A stretch of DNA of 64,000 nt from Akkermansia muciniphila. GTDB taxonomy: Bacteria; Verrucomicrobiota; Verrucomicrobiia; Verrucomicrobiales; V1-33. The stretch is taken from the NCBI GenBank assembly GCA_943333275.1, contig CALQSQ010000013.1, forward strand, positions 1,975-65,974, in the 5' to 3' direction. Each line of letters starts with the position of its first letter. Position 1 is the stretch's first letter. The notes under the pieces were generated by a model. It made no database searches. It worked only from the letters and a program-made list of their open reading frames with translations, and had not been told where the DNA came from. Positions 17,913-26,800 of the stretch are shown here, in pieces. The position numbers were made by a program, and so were the translations under genes.

Positions 17913-19061
17913 TTAAATACCCGCCGGAGCCTTGGGTGGATTGGCGGCAAGCGCCTGAAGCTGGGTCTTAATGGGAGCAGGCGCGGGAGCTTCGGAAAGT
18001 TTCAGTTTGGCATCGGCGCCTGCCAGCACCCACCATTCTAGCACTGCAAGTTCGTTTGGTTCGAGCTGCGGCTTCTTCTCGGGCGGCATGTGGTCCTCTT
18101 CAGCAAGGGGAAGTTTAACGCGCACCAGCGATTCACTTTCCGCAGGGTTGGCGGCGACGAAGGAATGCTTTTCACTTTCTCCGGCGGCCATCATCGCCTC
18201 GTAACTGTCCAGGCGCAGGTTCCCCTTTTGCTTATCCGGCCCGTGACAACTCACGCAGCGCGACTGTAAAATGGGTAAAATAACCGCACCCAAAACCGTG
18301 CGTTCGGATTCCGGCACATTCGTGGTCAAGATCTTCGAGCTTTCCATGGGCTTTTTGGCCCAGGGCGCCTTGTCCAGCAATTCACCATGCGTCAGGGTAG
18401 CCCCGAAATGTCCGGCCAAGGTCACCGAAACCACGGTCCCCAGAATTGCCACCCGATACGGCCAGGGATTCCCACCCGGGCGCCGTGCCAGAAAGGTGAG
18501 CAACGCCAGCCATGAAAAAATCCCGACGGCAAATCCCGTATACAAATGCCGTGTCAGCACGACTCCCTGGGAGCGGTCCATCGCACAGGCCTGACCGGCC
18601 ACGAGGGACACGGCGCACGTTAAAAGGTTGAGCCAGAGCAAAATTTTCATGGCTCCCGCGTGCCGCTCGGAATCCAGAAATCCCAGAATAAAGATGGCCA
18701 TCACCCAGCCCACGGGAAAATGAACAAAGAGCGGATGCATTTCTCCAAGAAAGGACACCCACGGGACCAGCGCCCCGGGAACCGTGCCCAGATTCAGCCA
18801 TGCCAGGGCTCCGGCGGTCAGGGCAGCCACGGTGGTGGCAAGAAGCAACGGACCGACGGGAAATTTGCCGGTGGCCGTGGCGGAAGCGGGTTCGGTGGGA
18901 GGAATCATAGGTTGGGTGGTTTGTCCGTCTGGTCGTCGGGTTGGGGATTCGGCCACCGCGATGACAAATTTCGCCCCGCAGGTGGAGCATCGTCCGGTTT
19001 GTCCTATGAGAGCCTCGGTCACATCGAAGGAGGTTCGACAAATAGGGCATTCGGTCCGCAT
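17913..19061 (-). CDS. Membrane protein: N-terminal zinc ribbon, polytopic His-rich (DUF2231-like) domain, C-terminal PSCyt1 haem-c domain
   Basis: The N-terminus CPICRTSF...GRCSTCGAKF is an MJ0042-type zinc finger. About 5 TM helices follow, containing HPLFVHFPVG. The C-terminus CVSCHGPDKQKGNLRLDSYE...DHMPPEKKPQL...WWVLAGA is a PSCyt1 domain. Confidence 0.75.
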   Translation of the reverse strand: MRTECPICRTSFDVTEALIGQTGRCSTCGAKFVIAVAESPTRRPDGQTTQPMIPPTEPASATATGKFPVGPLLLATTVAALTAGALAWLNLGTVPGALVPWVSFLGEMHPLFVHFPVGWVMAIFILGFLDSERHAGAMKILLWLNLLTCAVSLVAGQACAMDRSQGVVLTRHLYTGFAVGIFSWLALLTFLARRPGGNPWPYRVAILGTVVSVTLAGHFGATLTHGELLDKAPWAKKPMESSKILTTNVPESERTVLGAVILPILQSRCVSCHGPDKQKGNLRLDSYEAMMAAGESEKHSFVAANPAESESLVRVKLPLAEEDHMPPEKKPQLEPNELAVLEWWVLAGADAKLKLSEAPAPAPIKTQLQALAANPPKAPAGI

Positions 19062-19077
19062 CGTGGTAGGAGAGGAG

Positions 19078-19117
19078 GGGTATGGAAGGGTATGGGGGAA
19101 GGTAGGCCGGGGTATGG
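19078..19117. promoter_or_regulatory. Helically phased direct repeats (GGGTATGG x3 plus AGGTAGG) immediately upstream of the 19061 start codon
   Basis: GGGTATGG occurs at 19078, 19088 and 19110, with the variant AGGTAGG at 19100, giving a spacing of ~10-12 bp. The repeats lie 17-56 nt upstream of the minus-strand ATG. Confidence 0.3.
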
Positions 19118-19181
19118 CTGCGGCAAGATGCAGAGGCCTACGTGATCTTTCTAGCGCGAAATTACGCGCAGGCCACCATTT

Positions 19182-20276
19182 TCATCGCATTCGTACGTTC
19201 TTCCACGCTGGCAACAGTGGCACCGGAGCACGACGCGTCTGCGACGTCCTGCGAATTGCCGCAGCGAACAGAGCGATGGCCGCATTCTCATCCTCCAGCG
19301 CACTGTTTAATCCATTGAAGGCCGTCAGTGCCTGTCCGCAGGCCTTGGCGATCTCCGCCTGCCTGGTATATTCCTCCACGATCTCGAAATCCGCCGGCCA
19401 TTCCCGAACCATCGACAGAAGCATTTGCGCCACCTCCAGAGCCGGTTCCCGCAGGCCTGACTCCAGCGGTTGATGCCGGTGATCGTAGCGGTCGCAGAGA
19501 TCCACCTGGCAGACGGCACTTGCAGGCAGCAATTCATGCACCTCCGCAAGCATCGCCGTTTCCAGTCCCCATCCCGCATGCACGCGCAGGCTCCGGGCCA
19601 CCTCCGCAGTCATCGCCACCTCCCCCGCCAGCGGATAACGGAACGCCCGCAGGAAATTCCATCGTGAGTCCAATGGAAACCGCTCCCGCAACGCCTGCAC
19701 CAGCGGCTGGAAAAGCAACCGCGTCAGCCGTCCGTGCAGCCGATCCGAGAACCTGGCGTAGTAACCCTTGCTGAATTCCATGCCATATCCCGGCCGCGCC
19801 ACCGGATACACCAAACGCGCCAGCAACTCCGCATCGTATGTCTCGATATCACAATCGTGCATCGCAATCACCTCCGTCTGCGAATCTTCCAAAACATACC
19901 CCATCGAAAGCCAGACATTCCGCCCCTTCCCCGACGGCGGTATTTCAAAAGGAAGTTCCGCCACCCGTCGTTTCCACTCCGGCCCATCCAGCCACAGCAC
20001 CTCCGCCAGACCCGCACAACGCTCCTGCAGCCATGCGTTTTCAGACTCCCCCGCCTGATCCAATCCCATCACGATCCGGTGCAGCCATTTCATTTCCCGC
20101 AGGGCCGCCAGCACTCTTGCAAACGCCTCCGTGCCCAGCTCCCGCGCATGGCACGGCAGCAGCAGCGTCACCCGCCGCGCCCCGCTCCCAGGCCCCAAGC
20201 CAGCCGCCAGCCGCCCCGGCGGACCGCTCACCAACCGTTGCAATGTGGTTATCTCACCAGACCAGAAATCTCCCAT
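19182..20276 (-). CDS. GT-A glycosyltransferase resembling glucosyl-3-phosphoglycerate synthase (GpgS/GT81-like)
   Basis: 364 aa. A DxD-type HDCDI motif is followed by ...[11 protein letters not shown]...[12 protein letters not shown]...[15 protein letters not shown], which resembles the GpgS pattern (P-L-x-G-E, G-x-E, VDL..R.H.HQ). Confidence 0.55.
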   Translation of the reverse strand: MGDFWSGEITTLQRLVSGPPGRLAAGLGPGSGARRVTLLLPCHARELGTEAFARVLAALREMKWLHRIVMGLDQAGESENAWLQERCAGLAEVLWLDGPEWKRRVAELPFEIPPSGKGRNVWLSMGYVLEDSQTEVIAMHDCDIETYDAELLARLVYPVARPGYGMEFSKGYYARFSDRLHGRLTRLLFQPLVQALRERFPLDSRWNFLRAFRYPLAGEVAMTAEVARSLRVHAGWGLETAMLAEVHELLPASAVCQVDLCDRYDHRHQPLESGLREPALEVAQMLLSMVREWPADFEIVEEYTRQAEIAKACGQALTAFNGLNSALEDENAAIALFAAAIRRTSQTRRAPVPLLPAWKNVRMR

Positions 20277-20325
20277 AGGCGCGCACTAAAGCATGCCTGT
20301 CTTGGAATGCACCGGGGAAATGCCA

Positions 20326-20353
20326 TTGACGCCGCAACCGCACGCTCTAGTGT
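20326..20353 (+). promoter_or_regulatory. Possible sigma-70-type promoter of sucC (TTGACG-N16-TAGTGT)
   Basis: The hexamers lie at 20326-20331 and 20348-20353, 10 nt before the sucC ATG, which implies a near-leaderless transcript. This is a pattern match only. Confidence 0.2.
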
Positions 20354-20363
20354 CGCGCCCAAC

Positions 20364-21551
<1,188 letters not shown>

Positions 21552-21566
21552 CACCCATCCCCACCC

Positions 21567-21739
21567 CCCAGGTGGGGCGAGGCTGCGCCCGAGCCATTCG
21601 TCACTCCGGCCCCAGCGTCCGGAAAGCGTTTGGCTAGCGCCGCAAAGCCCATCGATGGTCAATCTTCGCAAGAAAGGGCTGCACTGAACTCTCTGGCATC
21701 CATCACGGATGGCTCGGGCGCAGCCTCGCCCCACCTGGG
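21567..21739. repeat. MITE-like element, copy 2 (173 bp, perfect 29-bp terminal inverted repeats)
   Basis: CCCAGGTGGGGCGAGGCTGCGCCCGAGCC at 21567-21595 has its exact reverse complement at 21711-21739. The 115-bp interior is related, in inverted orientation, to that of the copy at 11329-11497. Confidence 0.85.
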
Positions 21740-21864
21740 TGAGATTGAAGAGGCATTTTTCAGTGTTCTAATGGCCCTTCTTTGAAGTGAATGGTTACAT
21801 TGTTCAATCTTGGAGCAAATTGGTAATTCCTTTTCGCTCCCGGGAAACCCTGATGCCTTTAAAA

Positions 21865-22095
21865 TGTGACGCGTTCGTTTGGGCAACTAACGCGGGACCT
21901 ATAGAAACTGACGCGGGACCTCGAACAACTAACGCGGGACCTCGAGCAACTAACGCGGTCCTTCAAGAATGTGACGCGGTCCCTCTAGAGACTCACGCGG
22001 TCCCTCAAGAATGTGACGCGGTCCCTCTAGCAACTCACGCGGTTGCTCAAGAATGTGACGCGTGACCTCTAGCATGTGACGCTGGATCTCAATCA
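21865..22095. repeat. Tandem array of 11 units with an exact 21-bp period
   Basis: ACGCG (ACGCT in the last unit) occurs at 21869, 21890, 21911, 21932, 21953, 21974, 21995, 22016, 22037, 22058 and 22079. The units read TGTGACGCGG... or ACTnACGCGG.... Confidence 0.9.
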
Positions 22096-22202
22096 ACTCC
22101 AATGTTTGCTTAATCTCTTTTTGTCCGATTTCTCACCATTTACGTTTGGACTCTAGAATTTTCCGTAATTCTAGAAATAGCTCCTGTTTTTGCGGAAGGA
22201 AG

Positions 22203-23552
22203 TTATTTCCCGGCTGAGGAATCCACGGTGGGCTTCGCCTCCTCCAGCCATTGCGCCTTTGTTTCCTCTGGGACGTCCGCTTTCTGCAAGGCCTGGGCTG
22301 CTGCTGCGTAATCTTTCCGCAACCACATATCGAATACGTCGTGGCAGACTGCTTCCCGCGTGCCGACGTTTTGAACCTGGCCGACCCATACGACCGCCGC
22401 CTCGGGATCGTTGTGCTGGAGCTTGTCCACCAAGTTCAGGACTATCCAGTCTTTGTCTTCACTGGCCGTCAGGGTATTGATCCACGCGCTGGCGGCGATG
22501 GGGTCACTGTTTGTCCATGATTCAGCCAGCGCCTCCGTGCTGACAGAGCGCAATCTACCTTCCGGCAGTCGCCCAAGCCATGCCGCTCCCGCCGCAGGGT
22601 CCTTATGACTCCAGAACCGTCCAATGCTGCCACCTAACTGGTTGGCCGCTTTTAAATCCTCCTCCACGTTGGAACGCGCCAACGTCATCAGGTAGTCCAT
22701 TCCTCCGTCCCCGCTTTCGTTAAGTTTCTGCGTCAGCAAGTAGGATTGCAGCTCAATGCGAGCTGGCCCCGTGGATTGTGGCAGCATCCGTTGCACAGCC
22801 TCTTGATCATCCTTGGCCCAAAAGGGAATGATCTTCTGGAGCGCCAACTTTTGCATCTCCGGATCTGCGATACCCAAGGCAATTTGAAACGCAGTCGGCG
22901 CATCTATCGCGGCCGAGGCGTGAGCCACGTTCTGAACCACATAGCTTCGCGTGTTTAGGTCGGTGATGAGCAGGGCCTTCTGCATGGCACCCGGAGCATC
23001 CGTGGCAGTCATCTGGACCAACACCGACTTGATGGCGTCAAGCTGCAACCCTTCGGGAACCTGGGTGGCCCAGGTGTAGGCCGCGGCAAGGTCTCTCTGA
23101 GCATAGGCACCCGCGACTTTCTCCACGCATCCATTCCTTGCGGAATCCGGCATCTGGGCAATCCACGCCAAGGCCGCCTCGGGATCGAGTTGCGTTAGAA
23201 ACCCGCTGTCCTTCTCGATCACCTTCACCGTTTGCTCAGGCGTCAGGTTGGCGAGGATGGCCGTGATGAGTTCCGGGTTGTCTTTGACACTGGAGAGTAG
23301 GTTCTCGAAGAACGCGAGCCGCTGGGGTCCTTCCGGCAACATTTCCGCCATCGCCAACACCTTGTCCCGGCTGGGGCGTTTGTCTTTGGGCAACGCGGGA
23401 TGGGTGTTTCCCTGCTGGGAGGGCATCGCCGGTTCCTGTGCGCTGGGGGGCTTGGGTGCGGGGGCGTCCGGGTTGGAGGGGAGATATTTCCCGATGATGA
23501 TTCCGAGCACCAGGGTGGTGGCGGGAATGACAACGGGAAGGAGCGGGCGCAT
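22203..23552 (-). CDS. Membrane-anchored alpha-helical repeat protein (hypothetical)
   Basis: 449-aa ORF. An N-terminal TM helix is followed by a Pro-rich linker and then many short helical repeats with recurring ...A(A)xW(I/L)xxxP... units. No catalytic motif is recognised. Confidence 0.55.
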   Translation of the reverse strand: MRPLLPVVIPATTLVLGIIIGKYLPSNPDAPAPKPPSAQEPAMPSQQGNTHPALPKDKRPSRDKVLAMAEMLPEGPQRLAFFENLLSSVKDNPELITAILANLTPEQTVKVIEKDSGFLTQLDPEAALAWIAQMPDSARNGCVEKVAGAYAQRDLAAAYTWATQVPEGLQLDAIKSVLVQMTATDAPGAMQKALLITDLNTRSYVVQNVAHASAAIDAPTAFQIALGIADPEMQKLALQKIIPFWAKDDQEAVQRMLPQSTGPARIELQSYLLTQKLNESGDGGMDYLMTLARSNVEEDLKAANQLGGSIGRFWSHKDPAAGAAWLGRLPEGRLRSVSTEALAESWTNSDPIAASAWINTLTASEDKDWIVLNLVDKLQHNDPEAAVVWVGQVQNVGTREAVCHDVFDMWLRKDYAAAAQALQKADVPEETKAQWLEEAKPTVDSSAGK

Positions 23553-23561
23553 GGGGGTGTT

Positions 23562-25070
23562 TTAATCGAAGCCGATGGCGCCGAGGTTTTTCATGAAGGG
23601 GCCGGCCATGATGAAGGCGATGGCGGGGATGCGTTCCTCGGGGGTGAGCTTGCCGTCGTGGTCGAGATCGAGGGCGAGGAGGGGGAGGCGGGCGGCTTCG
23701 AGGGCTTTGGCGGCGGACTTGCCGCGCCGGCCGCCGACGAGGTCCATGATGCTTTCCTTGCCTTCAAGGAGGCGGTCGATCATTTGATTGGCGAGGAAGT
23801 CGCGGAGGGCTTGGTGGGTGGTGTCTTTTTGCTCCTTGGTGTTGAACATGACCTGGATGGTGATGACGCCCATTTCATCGGTGGTGGAGGTGCCCCAGAT
23901 GACGCGCTTGGGTGGGTGGGTGGGGTTGCGGGGGTTCTCAGCGGAGTTGTCGTAGGAGAGAGTGACATCGAGCCGGGTGCCTGCGGGGAGCTTGATGGGT
24001 TGTTTGAAGGTGTAGTCTTCCTGCCACTGGAAATCCCAGTTGGAGGTCTTGAGCATCCAGTGGGTGGTGCCGTCGGGGAGGGTGGCGGTCATTTCCATGC
24101 GCTTGCCGAGGTAGTGGGCGTGGGCATTGACGGCGAAGGCTTCGCAGTCCGTGGGGATGGTGAAGGTGGCCTTTTCGATGTGCTCCTTTTCACCTGCGTC
24201 GATTTCGATACCCTGCAACATGCCGAAGTGCGGAGGGACGGGGATGATGGACCAGGGGCGGGCGGTGGGCTCCTCGGAGTAGTAGAAGCCGACGGAGGAT
24301 TGGTCGGTGGTTTCCTTGCCGTTGGGATGGTAGTGGATCTGCACGACGAGGTCTGAGCCCTTGGGAACGAACCAGCGCAGTCCGTGGGGCAGGAGGTTGG
24401 GTTGGGAACCTACATCCCAGCCGCCGATGTAGCGCATTTCTCCATTGGAGGGGCCATTGCCGCCGAAGCCGGGGGAGGGGTCGGCAGCGTCGGCCTGCCG
24501 GCCTTTACCCGTGCTGTCGAGATAGTAGAGGATGTGGTGGACGACCTTGGGATCGCCCGGATGAAACTCCACGCCGCTCACCCAGGTATCGTGATCGAGA
24601 TTGAGGGGCATGACGAACTTGCGGTAAATGTCATTGCCTTCGGCGGGCACGGTGAAGGGTTCGGGCATGGTGACGATCTGGCTGGGTTTCCCCAATTGCC
24701 AGCCTTCTGGAATCACAGGCAGGGCAGGGAGCTTGGCGGGATCTCCCTCCGGCGTCCCGGCGGCGAGCCAATCGGAGAAAAGGGCGATCTGGTCCTTGGA
24801 AAGGGAGCGGTCGTTGGCGTATTCGATGAAGCCAGGGTCGGCGTGCCAGGGGGGCATGGTGCGGTCGCCCGTGACTTCGACCATTTGCTTGGCGTGCTTT
24901 TTCACAGAGGCATAGTCGGTCAACGCAAAGGGGGCGATCTGTCCTTCGCGGTGGCAGGTGGCGCAATTGTTGAAGACGATGGGGGCGATGTGTTCGCTGA
25001 AGTTCACTTCTGCCTGCGCCGAGGCGGAGAGAATGAGGGAGAGGAGGAGGATTCGGGTGGACGAGGTCAT
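23562..25070 (-). CDS. Secreted copper type II ascorbate-dependent monooxygenase-like (PHM/DBH-like) protein with an N-terminal CxxCH motif and a C-terminal EF-hand
   Basis: A signal peptide is followed by CATCH, VVHHILYY (the HH copper site), NAHAHYLGKRMEM (HxH) and TDEMG (Met ligand). The C-terminal LDLDHDGKLTPEE is an EF-hand loop. I prefer the ATG at 25070 because it forms an ATGA overlap with the upstream gene. Confidence 0.7.
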   Translation of the reverse strand: MTSSTRILLLSLILSASAQAEVNFSEHIAPIVFNNCATCHREGQIAPFALTDYASVKKHAKQMVEVTGDRTMPPWHADPGFIEYANDRSLSKDQIALFSDWLAAGTPEGDPAKLPALPVIPEGWQLGKPSQIVTMPEPFTVPAEGNDIYRKFVMPLNLDHDTWVSGVEFHPGDPKVVHHILYYLDSTGKGRQADAADPSPGFGGNGPSNGEMRYIGGWDVGSQPNLLPHGLRWFVPKGSDLVVQIHYHPNGKETTDQSSVGFYYSEEPTARPWSIIPVPPHFGMLQGIEIDAGEKEHIEKATFTIPTDCEAFAVNAHAHYLGKRMEMTATLPDGTTHWMLKTSNWDFQWQEDYTFKQPIKLPAGTRLDVTLSYDNSAENPRNPTHPPKRVIWGTSTTDEMGVITIQVMFNTKEQKDTTHQALRDFLANQMIDRLLEGKESIMDLVGGRRGKSAAKALEAARLPLLALDLDHDGKLTPEERIPAIAFIMAGPFMKNLGAIGFD

Positions 25071-25657
25071 TTGGATTTCGGGGAGGTGGGGAGGTAGCAA
25101 CCTATGGCTTTGGTGAATTTTTCCGCCACTTTTTTGTTGGCGAGAACCGCGTCCAGAGCCAGCCGCAGGTCGCGCTGGCGTGGTTCGGTGCGGACGGTGC
25201 CGAGTTTGACGGCGCGGTCATCAATACGCCCGCGGTAGAGCAATTGTCCGTCAGGACTGAGCAGGCAGGCCTCGGGAGTGATGGTGGCGCCGGTGAGGGT
25301 GGCGAGCTGCAAACGGGGATCGAGCAGGGCGGTGAGAGGGAGTTTGTATTCGCGCAGGTGGCGGGTAATTTCCTTCGCCGGTTCATCGGCGTAAATGGCG
25401 TAGCTCTGGACGCCCTGTTTCTCGTATTCGCCAACGATGCGGGCGATTTCAGGAGCGTAGGAATTGCAGAGAGGACAGTCCGGCGTGAGGAAAAAAAGCA
25501 GCGTGGCCTTTTGCCCGTGATTTTTCAGCGGCTGAACTTTCCGGCCCGCAGGATCAGTGAGTTGCACGGAGGCCACCGCCTTGTCCTCGCGCTCAGCCCA
25601 TGCGTCATGGACCGGCGCAATGGCGATCAGTAAAACGGCAAGGGTTCGGAGGTTCAT
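25067..25657 (-). CDS. Secreted thioredoxin-fold redoxin (TlpA/AhpC-TSA-like, CPLC active site)
   Basis: Signal peptide plus ATLLFFLTPDCPLCNSYAPEI. The stop codon overlaps the downstream start (ATGA at 25067-25070). Confidence 0.75.
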   Translation of the reverse strand: MNLRTLAVLLIAIAPVHDAWAEREDKAVASVQLTDPAGRKVQPLKNHGQKATLLFFLTPDCPLCNSYAPEIARIVGEYEKQGVQSYAIYADEPAKEITRHLREYKLPLTALLDPRLQLATLTGATITPEACLLSPDGQLLYRGRIDDRAVKLGTVRTEPRQRDLRLALDAVLANKKVAEKFTKAIGCYLPTSPKSK

Positions 25658-25813
25658 GGAGGGGCGGAGTGCATAGCCAATTCAAAGGCCTGATGCAACC
25701 GGTGATTGGGCACGCAACGCAGGGGATGGGCGCGGTTTCCCTGATCGCGGAGCGGGTCCCAGCCCAGGGAAAATCACTCGACGCCCCGGGGAAGATACCG
25801 TATCGCATGGGCA

Positions 25814-26800
25814 ATGCGTTCCCTGCTTTCAGCTTTGCTCTTTGTTGCCATGACCTCAGCCCCGGCTCAGGACACCAACCTTTATCGTGGAACGCAGGTG
25901 CCCCCGGAAGTGGAACGCATTTACAGCAAGGGGCTGAAGTATCTGGTGCAAAATCAGGGCGAGGATGGTTCGTACCCGGGAAATTACGGAGGTGAACCCG
26001 CCATCGCCGGGCTGGGAATTCTGGCCATGCTCGCGCACGGGGAGGATCCGAATTTCGGACCGTATGCCAAGTCGATCAAGAAGGGGCTCGACAAAATTTT
26101 CAATCAAACCAAGGCCGACAATGGCTACATCGGAAGCTCGATGTACAATCATGGATTCTCCACCCTGGCACTGGCAGAGTGCTACGGGGCCGTGAATGAC
26201 GAACGCATCGCCCCGGCGCTGCAGAAGGCGGTGGACCTGATTCTGGCATCGCAATCCAAGAATCCGACGAAGGCCTGGCGCTACATGCCGGAGTCTCAAG
26301 ATGGGGATTCGACGGTGAGCGGGGCGTGCTTCGTGGCCCTGGTGGCGGCGCGCAACGCGGGGCTGAAGGTGCCTGACAAGGCGATCGATGATGCGCTGAA
26401 ATTTTACGCCGACTGCCAGACGCCGACGGACGGGAGCATCGGTTACGTGCCGCGTTCCGGCAGCCATGGAGGCTGCACGACGGCGATCGGAGTGGCGGTG
26501 TACGCGTATGCCAGGAAGAAGGATGCCCCCGTCTTTCAAAAAGCCTTCAAGGCGATGCTGGCGCAGGAGGATCAGGGCACTAGCTATCCGTTTTATTTCG
26601 AGTACTACGCAGCGCAGGCTTATTTCCAAGGGGACGTCAAACAATGGCAGGCGTGGAATCAGAAGCTGATCAAAAAACTCGGCGACAGCCAGTCGGAGGA
26701 TGGAAGCTGGGAAGGCGGCATGGGACCGGGGATGAGCACGACCATGGGGCTGCTGTCGCTGGCCCTGAACTACCGGTATCTGCCGATTTATGAGCGTTAA
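25814..26800 (+). CDS. Secreted prenyltransferase/squalene-oxidase-repeat (alpha-alpha toroid) protein
   Basis: A signal peptide is followed by repeated ...GLKYLVQNQGEDGSY..., ...QSKNPTKAWRY..., ...DGSIGY... and ...QSEDGSWEG... motifs, as seen in terpene-cyclase-like repeats. Confidence 0.7.
   Translation: MRSLLSALLFVAMTSAPAQDTNLYRGTQVPPEVERIYSKGLKYLVQNQGEDGSYPGNYGGEPAIAGLGILAMLAHGEDPNFGPYAKSIKKGLDKIFNQTKADNGYIGSSMYNHGFSTLALAECYGAVNDERIAPALQKAVDLILASQSKNPTKAWRYMPESQDGDSTVSGACFVALVAARNAGLKVPDKAIDDALKFYADCQTPTDGSIGYVPRSGSHGGCTTAIGVAVYAYARKKDAPVFQKAFKAMLAQEDQGTSYPFYFEYYAAQAYFQGDVKQWQAWNQKLIKKLGDSQSEDGSWEGGMGPGMSTTMGLLSLALNYRYLPIYER

Noticed and set aside
19734-20363. A 210-aa N-terminal extension of the sucC ORF in the ORF track.
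   Set aside because: The extension is Pro/Arg/His-rich nonsense that overlaps the glycosyltransferase gene on the opposite strand. The canonical SucC N-terminus [10 protein letters not shown] starts at 20364.
21787-22065. A 92-aa heptad-repeat ORF that spans the 21-bp array, considered as a real gene.
   Set aside because: It opens with GTG, has no recognisable N-terminal region or ribosome-binding context, and terminates exactly where the DNA repeat degenerates. It also lies in an AT-richer non-coding island. I kept it only as an alternative reading in the finding and did not call it as a CDS.
21865-22095. A possible CRISPR array.
   Set aside because: The units are contiguous 21-bp repeats with no unique spacers. 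No cas genes and no leader are present.
22152-22175. The palindrome TCTAGAATT-ttccgt-AATTCTAGA downstream of the minus-strand gene ending at 22203.
   Set aside because: It is a perfect 9-bp inverted repeat, but it is AT-rich and has no following T-tract, so it is not a convincing intrinsic terminator. It is a single occurrence with no inferable function.
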